A stretch of DNA of 64,000 nt, taken from assembly GCA_000092065.1 (NCBI GenBank), contig CP000592.1; one strand, given 5' to 3'. Numbering within the stretch: position 1 is the stretch's first letter; each line of letters opens with the position of its first letter. Shown piece after piece: positions 59,025-64,000 of the stretch. A program made the translations under genes and the position numbers. The stretch comes from Ostreococcus lucimarinus (lineage: Eukaryota). The notes beneath the pieces are model-generated. The model was not told where the DNA came from and did not search any database. It was given only the letters and a program-made list of their open reading frames with translations.

Positions 59025-60248
59025 TTACTCGATGGCGCAACCGTCGGCGTCTTTCCCGTCGATAACGTTGCGCCACCGGCGATAATGTAAACCGAGCTTA
59101 TCATAAGCTACGGGATGGGCCCAAACTCGGGCACCACGCTGCATGCGGTCTTGTTGACCCGTGACTAGACGTAAATCCTCGCCGAGAACTTGGTTCGCCA
59201 TCTCGGTCCAGATGTATTCGATGCCCGGGACGTATTGGGCCCACGAGGCAAAATCGAGGGACATACGGTAGAGCAAACGCGTGTGACCTGGAGTGCTAGG
59301 CAAGCACACGTGGAGCTGATGCAAGTGCTTCTCGCACTCCAACGCGCTGACACCTTCCTTAAACTGCGCACCCTTACCCACTGCGCCCGCTTGCGCCAAG
59401 CCAATGTGGCTGTCAACCATGCACGGCGCCAAAAACTTCATGTCGATGGGGTACGGTTTCCAGCTCCCTTCGCTGCGACCGTTGGCGAGAAAGTTACCCA
59501 TATCGTGCCACCCGTCGCCGTCTTTTCTTAATTTGCGAGACGCAAACTTGACCATGTTTGGCACGCCCCAACCCTTGGCAAAGGTGCCGGTGTGCGTAAA
59601 CGGCGCGTGCGCCAAATCGAGCAAGTTCTCCATCAACAACCCGTGTTCGACGGGAACGTCCTCGATGATGAGTTCTGCGTGAATGGTGTACCCTTCTGGC
59701 GCCGCAAAGTGCGACGGAAGCTCCTCCGTGGGTCCACAATTCATCGAAGGCCACACCATGACGAGCCCGTCCCTCGTCCCCGTCGCCAGCATCGTACGCG
59801 GACTCTTCTTACTCTCGCATTCGTACTGCCCTTCCGCAACCTTGCGCACCACCCACGTCTCATCTAGCAAAACAACCTCGACTTCTTCGTCGATTTCCTT
59901 AAACTTGCTCTCAAACATCACCGGATACCAAAACTCCCGAATCTTACTCTCCTCCCGCGGCGTCTCCAACGAGCTCTCGTCGCAAAACACCCGACGCATC
60001 CCCGGTCGCACCTTTCGACTCACCGCCGCCGCGCTCGTCGCGACGCTCTCCACTTCCGTCTTCACCACGAATCTCTCATCCGCGACGACGCGCGTATCGT
60101 TCGAATCCGTCACCGCTCGCGTCCGCGTCGTCCTCGCCGTCGATCGCGTCCGTACCTTCCCGTCGTCTCTCCCTCGCCCGACCCTCTCTCTTCGCGCCCT
60201 TTCTCCCGCGCGCGCGCCCGTCGACGTCGGCGCTCGCATCGCGCGCAT
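59025..60248 (-). CDS. CAO: Chlorophyllide a oxygenase catalytic (mononuclear-iron) subunit lacking the Rieske [2Fe-2S] domain (split CAO, 'CAO2'-type), with a plastid transit peptide
   Basis: Strong colinearity with the C-terminal half of plant CAO: [44 protein letters not shown] ([43 protein letters not shown]), [77 protein letters not shown]. The Rieske CxH...CxxH ligands are absent, so the Rieske half is not in this gene. Start is ATG 60246-60248; the track start at 60293 is GTG. Confidence 0.8.
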   Translation of the reverse strand: [407 protein letters not shown]

Positions 60249-60586
60249 CTTCACCGTCCCTCGTCCCCGTTCGCTCGTCCGCGCGCGTCGCACGACGCGA
60301 ATGCGTTCGCTCGATTCGTTTGGATACGCTATCCACGATCGCGACGCGCGCGACGCGAAACGCGCGCGCGCGTCGCGTCGTCGCGCGTCGCGCGTCGGCT
60401 ATCCCGAGCGGAGGCGTCTTCGGGCGACCGCGCGTCGACCGGGCGCGCGCGCGGGCGTGCGCGACGGCGTGTGACGCGGCGCGCGCGCGCGTATCCCGGT
60501 ATCCCGGTTGGCGCGCTGCGCTGGCGCCGCGCGAGGTGTGATTTCGTGCATTTTTGGATTTTTGATTTCGCATCCGTCCGTCTGCG

Positions 60587-61591
60587 CTACGCCGCGGTCG
60601 ACGACGAGGAATAATTAATCGCGCTGTCGCCGACGGCGTAATCGCCGCGAAGATCAGTCGGGGCGATCGAACCGTCGCGAGGGGGCACGGTCAGGTCGAC
60701 GCATCGAACCTGCCCGAGCTCGAACGGGTAGTCGAGGTGGTGGCGGGAGAGGTCGGTGCCGTTCAACGCGGCGGCGAAGACGCTGAGGGTGTCCTGATGG
60801 GAGACGATGATGATGTCTTCGCCGTAATACGTGGCTTCGAGACGCGTGAACGCCTCGAGGGCGCGTCGATAAATGTCTAAGCACGACTCCACGCTCGCCG
60901 ACGGTTGCAACGAACTCGGCACCGGAGGCGGCGTCGAGGAGGGGTCGTCGAAATCGTTCTTCCAAACGTCAACCCACGCCTCTTGCGAGCCGAAATCCAA
61001 CGCACCCATCTTTCTCGGATCTAATAACCCGCTAAACTCGGTGCGCATCTGCGAAAACAACAGCCCGATCTCTTCCCTGAGCACCAACGCGCTTTGAAAC
61101 GACCGCTGAAAATTCGACGTGTACAACCACGCCGGCGCGCCGTCGAAATCCCTTAAAATAGTCTTCGCCGCCTCTTGCATCTGCGCTCGGCCTCTCGCCG
61201 TCAGCCCGAACGTGGTGTCGTACTTGAAGCTCGGGTTACTCAAAATCATCCCCCCGTTCCGCACGTCCAGCACCGATTCTCCGTGCCTCACGAAGAAGTA
61301 TCTGTTGTGGAGCCGACTCGGTAAATCTATGAACGCCCGCGCCGGCGCCGCGCCGATCTCGCCCGCCCCGACCGCGCCCACGAGCGCGATCCCTCTCCCC
61401 AGCGCTCCTCGCCTGCTCACGCCGTCCTCGCGCGTCGTCGCGCCGCTTCGCGCCCCCTCGCCGTCTCGCGATGTCCCGCGCGCGCGCGCGCGTCGACGTC
61501 CATCCGCGCGTCCTCGCGACGTCTTTCGCGCGCGTCGCGGCGTCGACGGACGCGCGATCGTCGGAGACGAGTTCGCACGCGCGCACGGCAT
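60587..61591 (-). CDS. Histidine phosphatase superfamily (PGAM-like) protein with a presequence followed by a twin-arginine (Tat) motif. Predicted thylakoid-lumen targeting.
   Basis: RHG catalytic motif in YFFVRHGESVLD. ...LYTSNFQRSFQSALVL...IIIVSHQDTLSVFAAAL with a His in SHQ. The N-terminus from ATG 61589-61591 is Ser/Thr/Arg-rich and is followed by SRRGALGRGIALVGAVGAGEIGAAPARA (RR + hydrophobic + AxA). The track start at 61765 is GTG. Confidence 0.6.
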   Translation of the reverse strand: MPCARANSSPTIARPSTPRRARKTSRGRADGRRRARARGTSRDGEGARSGATTREDGVSRRGALGRGIALVGAVGAGEIGAAPARAFIDLPSRLHNRYFFVRHGESVLDVRNGGMILSNPSFKYDTTFGLTARGRAQMQEAAKTILRDFDGAPAWLYTSNFQRSFQSALVLREEIGLLFSQMRTEFSGLLDPRKMGALDFGSQEAWVDVWKNDFDDPSSTPPPVPSSLQPSASVESCLDIYRRALEAFTRLEATYYGEDIIIVSHQDTLSVFAAALNGTDLSRHHLDYPFELGQVRCVDLTVPPRDGSIAPTDLRGDYAVGDSAINYSSSSTAA

Positions 61592-61772
61592 CGCGCGCGT
61601 CGACGCGTGACGCCCGTCGTCGCCGTTCGCGCGCGCATCGTGCGCCGACACGCGCCAGCCATCGCAACCGTCACGAGGTCCGAGTTTAGCGCTACATGCC
61701 GAGTCTCGCACCGTCGTATGGGTAAACAGTCGGAACCGTCGGACGGCGGCGCGTCGACGGCACACGGCGACG

Positions 61773-62731
61773 ATGCGCGCGCGACGACGACGCGACGGCG
61801 ACGACGGCGACGACGAGGACGCGCGCGATGATGACGTCGATCGCGACGACGACGACGACGCGTCGACCGACGACGACGACGACGGCGAACGCGGGATGGA
61901 TTCGGACGACGAACTCGAGCGCGAGATGGCGGCGCTGGAATCGGTGAAACGCGAGCGCGCGGGCGCGCGGGACGGCGCGACGGCGAGGAAGAGTTACGCG
62001 AACAATGAAAAGGGGTTGGAGGCGAGCCTGGAAGGTGCGACGCGACGCGACGCGCGGCGGATGAGGGAAGGATGGGATGGGACGGGAACGGGACGGAGGC
62101 GCGCGCGGGGTTGTCGAGACCGAACGCGAAGACTGACGACGACGGTGATGGAACCGCGCGGTGCGGCGTAGATTTTAAATGGACGCATAAGGCGAAATGG
62201 ATCGATCACATGACGATCACGGGGACGAATGCGGAGCGCGTGGTGGATGTGAACGACGACTTGACGAGGGAAACGTTTTTTTACGAGCGAGCGTTGGAGA
62301 GCGCGAACGAGTGCGTGCGACGGTTGAAAGATCTCGGAGTTCCCGTGCGAAGACCGGATGATTACTACGCTGAAATGGTGAAGAGCGATGAGCACATGAA
62401 GCGCGTGCGAAGTGAGTTATTGTTCGAGCAACAACAGTTGGAGATTCGCGAGGAGCGCAGGAAAGCGCGCGAATCGAAAAAGTACGGTAAACAAGTGCAA
62501 GCCGAGAAGATCAAGCAACGAACGCTCGACAAGAAATCGCAAATTAAAAGTTTGGATAAGTGGAGGAAGCAGCGCCAGAAGAGTGGGTTCGCGGACGACG
62601 GCAAGGCGCCGTTCGAGGGCGCGGGTGGCGACGCCAAGCGCAAGCGCGAGGATCGGGATTCCAAATACGGCTTCGGTGGACGTAAAAAGGTACGTGCGAT
62701 GCTCTCGTCGAAACGCGCGCGAAGATGTTAG
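61773..62731 (+). CDS. EBP2: rRNA-processing protein EBP2 (EBNA1BP2 homolog). Two exons: 61773..62034 and 62172..62731. Intron 62035..62171.
   Basis: Exon 2: RPDDYYAEMVKSDEHMKRVRSELLFEQQQLEIREERRKARESKKYGKQVQAEKIKQR...KYGFGGRKK matches the human EBP2 core (RPTDYFAEMAKSD..., KKYGKKVQ..., QKFGFGGKKK). Exon 1 is the acidic N-terminus from ATG 61773. The junction is G|GTGCGA ... gcgtag|, phase 1, and resolves the frame shift between track ORFs 61773..62171 and 62072..62731. Confidence 0.75.
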
Positions 62732-63117
62732 TATTTCCGTCAATTTTTCGTTTTTTTCTCATTTCGGTGGACCCTGGGGTGCTGCCCGCATCCCAGGATG
62801 TCAACGCGACGAGGCGTCGAAACTCCACGACGTATATCTCTACGTAAACACCGTATATAGACTCTTCGGTCGTAGGCTCTTCTCACGAAGACGCCTCCCG
62901 AAAGAGCAGGACCATATTCCATTGCCTAGGCGGGCGCGACGTCGTCGCAATTACGTCACGGGACAGACCATGGGCCTGTTATCACAGAGCCTCGCTCGCT
63001 CGCGTTCGCGTCCTCGGCGGAGAACTTTCTTCGCTCAAACATTCGACTGACGGCCGCGCTCATCATTTTTCATCATCGTAGACGGCGAAACGAAACGATA
63101 AATTCAGCGCGAACGAC

Positions 63118-63246
63118 ATGTCCGACTACAAGCCTTCTTCGTTCGATAAGGACATCAGAAGCGGCAAGACGGGCGGTTTATACGTCAAAGGTCGCGGCGG
63201 CGGTCGCGGCGGCGGTCGCGGCGGCGGTCGCGGCGGTCGTCGATGA
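63118..63246 (+). CDS. Possible small ORF encoding a 42-aa RGG-box peptide
   Basis: ATG 63118 gives MSDYKPSSFDKDIRSGKTGGLYVKGRGGGRGGGRGGGRGGRR and a TGA stop. The C-terminus is encoded by a (GGCGGCGGTCGC)n repeat at 63191-63239. Below the ORF-track size cutoff. May be spurious. Confidence 0.2.
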   Translation: MSDYKPSSFDKDIRSGKTGGLYVKGRGGGRGGGRGGGRGGRR

Positions 63247-63295
63247 CGAATCGTCCGTGTTAATATCCAAAACTAGACTAGAGAACCTACCACCC

Positions 63296-63813
63296 CTACG
63301 CGAGAAATCGATCGTCGTCTTCGTCGTCGCCGAATCGACACTCGTCCCTGCGTCCCAAGATCGAGTACCGATTATCCGCCACGCGATCGTACACCCAATC
63401 CCCCACCACCCGAGGCACCGCCCACATCGCCACTCGCGCCGCCCCCCCGAACGGCGCCCCCAACAAATCTCTCCCTATGCGCAGTATCGCCTCCGACTTC
63501 GCGTACGCCGTCCCGCTCGCCTCCACGTACACGATGCTGCTGATGTCGTCCGCGTCCCGTCCCGCCTCCACCAACAGCGCGCGCCCGACGGACGATTGCA
63601 GCGCGGCGAACCGCACCGACCCCCTCGCGCGGTCTCGATCGTGCCGCAGCGCGAAGTTCACCGCCCCGTTGCACAGATTGCACACGCCGTCGTACAGCAC
63701 GATTCCGCGGTCGTCGCTCGCGAACAGCGCGCGCGACCGCGGTTCGCTCGCGGCTCGCGTCGCGCACGCGCGTCGTCGCGCGCGCGTCGTCGCGGGCGCT
63801 CGACGCGTCGCCG

Positions 63814-63846
<33 letters not shown>

Positions 63847-63850
63847 GCAT
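63296..63850 (-). CDS. DCC-family thiol-disulfide oxidoreductase (DUF393/YuxK-like)
   Basis: Family-defining motif with two Cys in IVLYDGVCNLCNGAVNFALRHD. ATG 63848-63850 ([12 protein letters not shown]...). The track start at 63862 is GTG. Confidence 0.55.
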
Positions 63851-64000
63851 CGCGTCACACACTGGCGCGCCGCATGCGCGCCGCGCGGGTCGGGACGCGC
63901 GACGCGCGCGGGACGACGACGACGACGCGCGTCGGTGGCGTCGGTGGCGTCGTCGCGCGTCGCGCGCGTCGCGTCGCGGTCGCGATGCGCGCGGCGCGCG

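Overview
This window is gene-dense, very GC-rich (roughly 65%) eukaryotic nuclear DNA, not a prokaryotic island. Several genes have spliceosomal introns whose donors are G|GTGCGTG-type, and the content is eukaryote-specific (LSm1, CSN4, eIF3m, ATG16, RAD51 paralog, RNF113A, EBP2, ERO1). The best lineage fit is a prasinophyte green alga of the Mamiellophyceae, Micromonas-like. The pointers are a chlorophyllide-a-oxygenase fragment that lacks the Rieske domain (the split CAO described for Micromonas), an FTO homolog (known only from vertebrates and marine algae), a flagellar WD40/coiled-coil gene, and plastid-type housekeeping genes. About 45 protein-coding genes are supported. Most are single-exon. 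I reconstructed introns by hand for RPS25 (partial, runs off the window edge), a 2OG-Fe(II) oxygenase, CSN4, a 6-exon GDP-L-fucose synthase and EBP2. The supplied ORF track labels TTG/GTG/CTG codons as 'M', so I re-checked starts against real ATGs where I could. Many long ORFs are GC-codon-bias artefacts lying antisense to real genes, and I rejected them. The most interesting loci are: (1) a single 1171-aa ORF fusing ERO1 to a soluble FAD fumarate reductase and a cytochrome b5; (2) a Ser/Thr kinase fused to a cNMP-binding domain and a CheY-like receiver; (3) an ankyrin + 3'-5' exonuclease + RING-H2 protein; (4) the FTO homolog; (5) the Rieske-less CAO2; (6) a locally AT-richer, intron-dense patch; and (7) recurrent GGTTCG/CGAAC tandem repeats upstream of genes. 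I found no rRNA, tRNA, CRISPR array or transposon.
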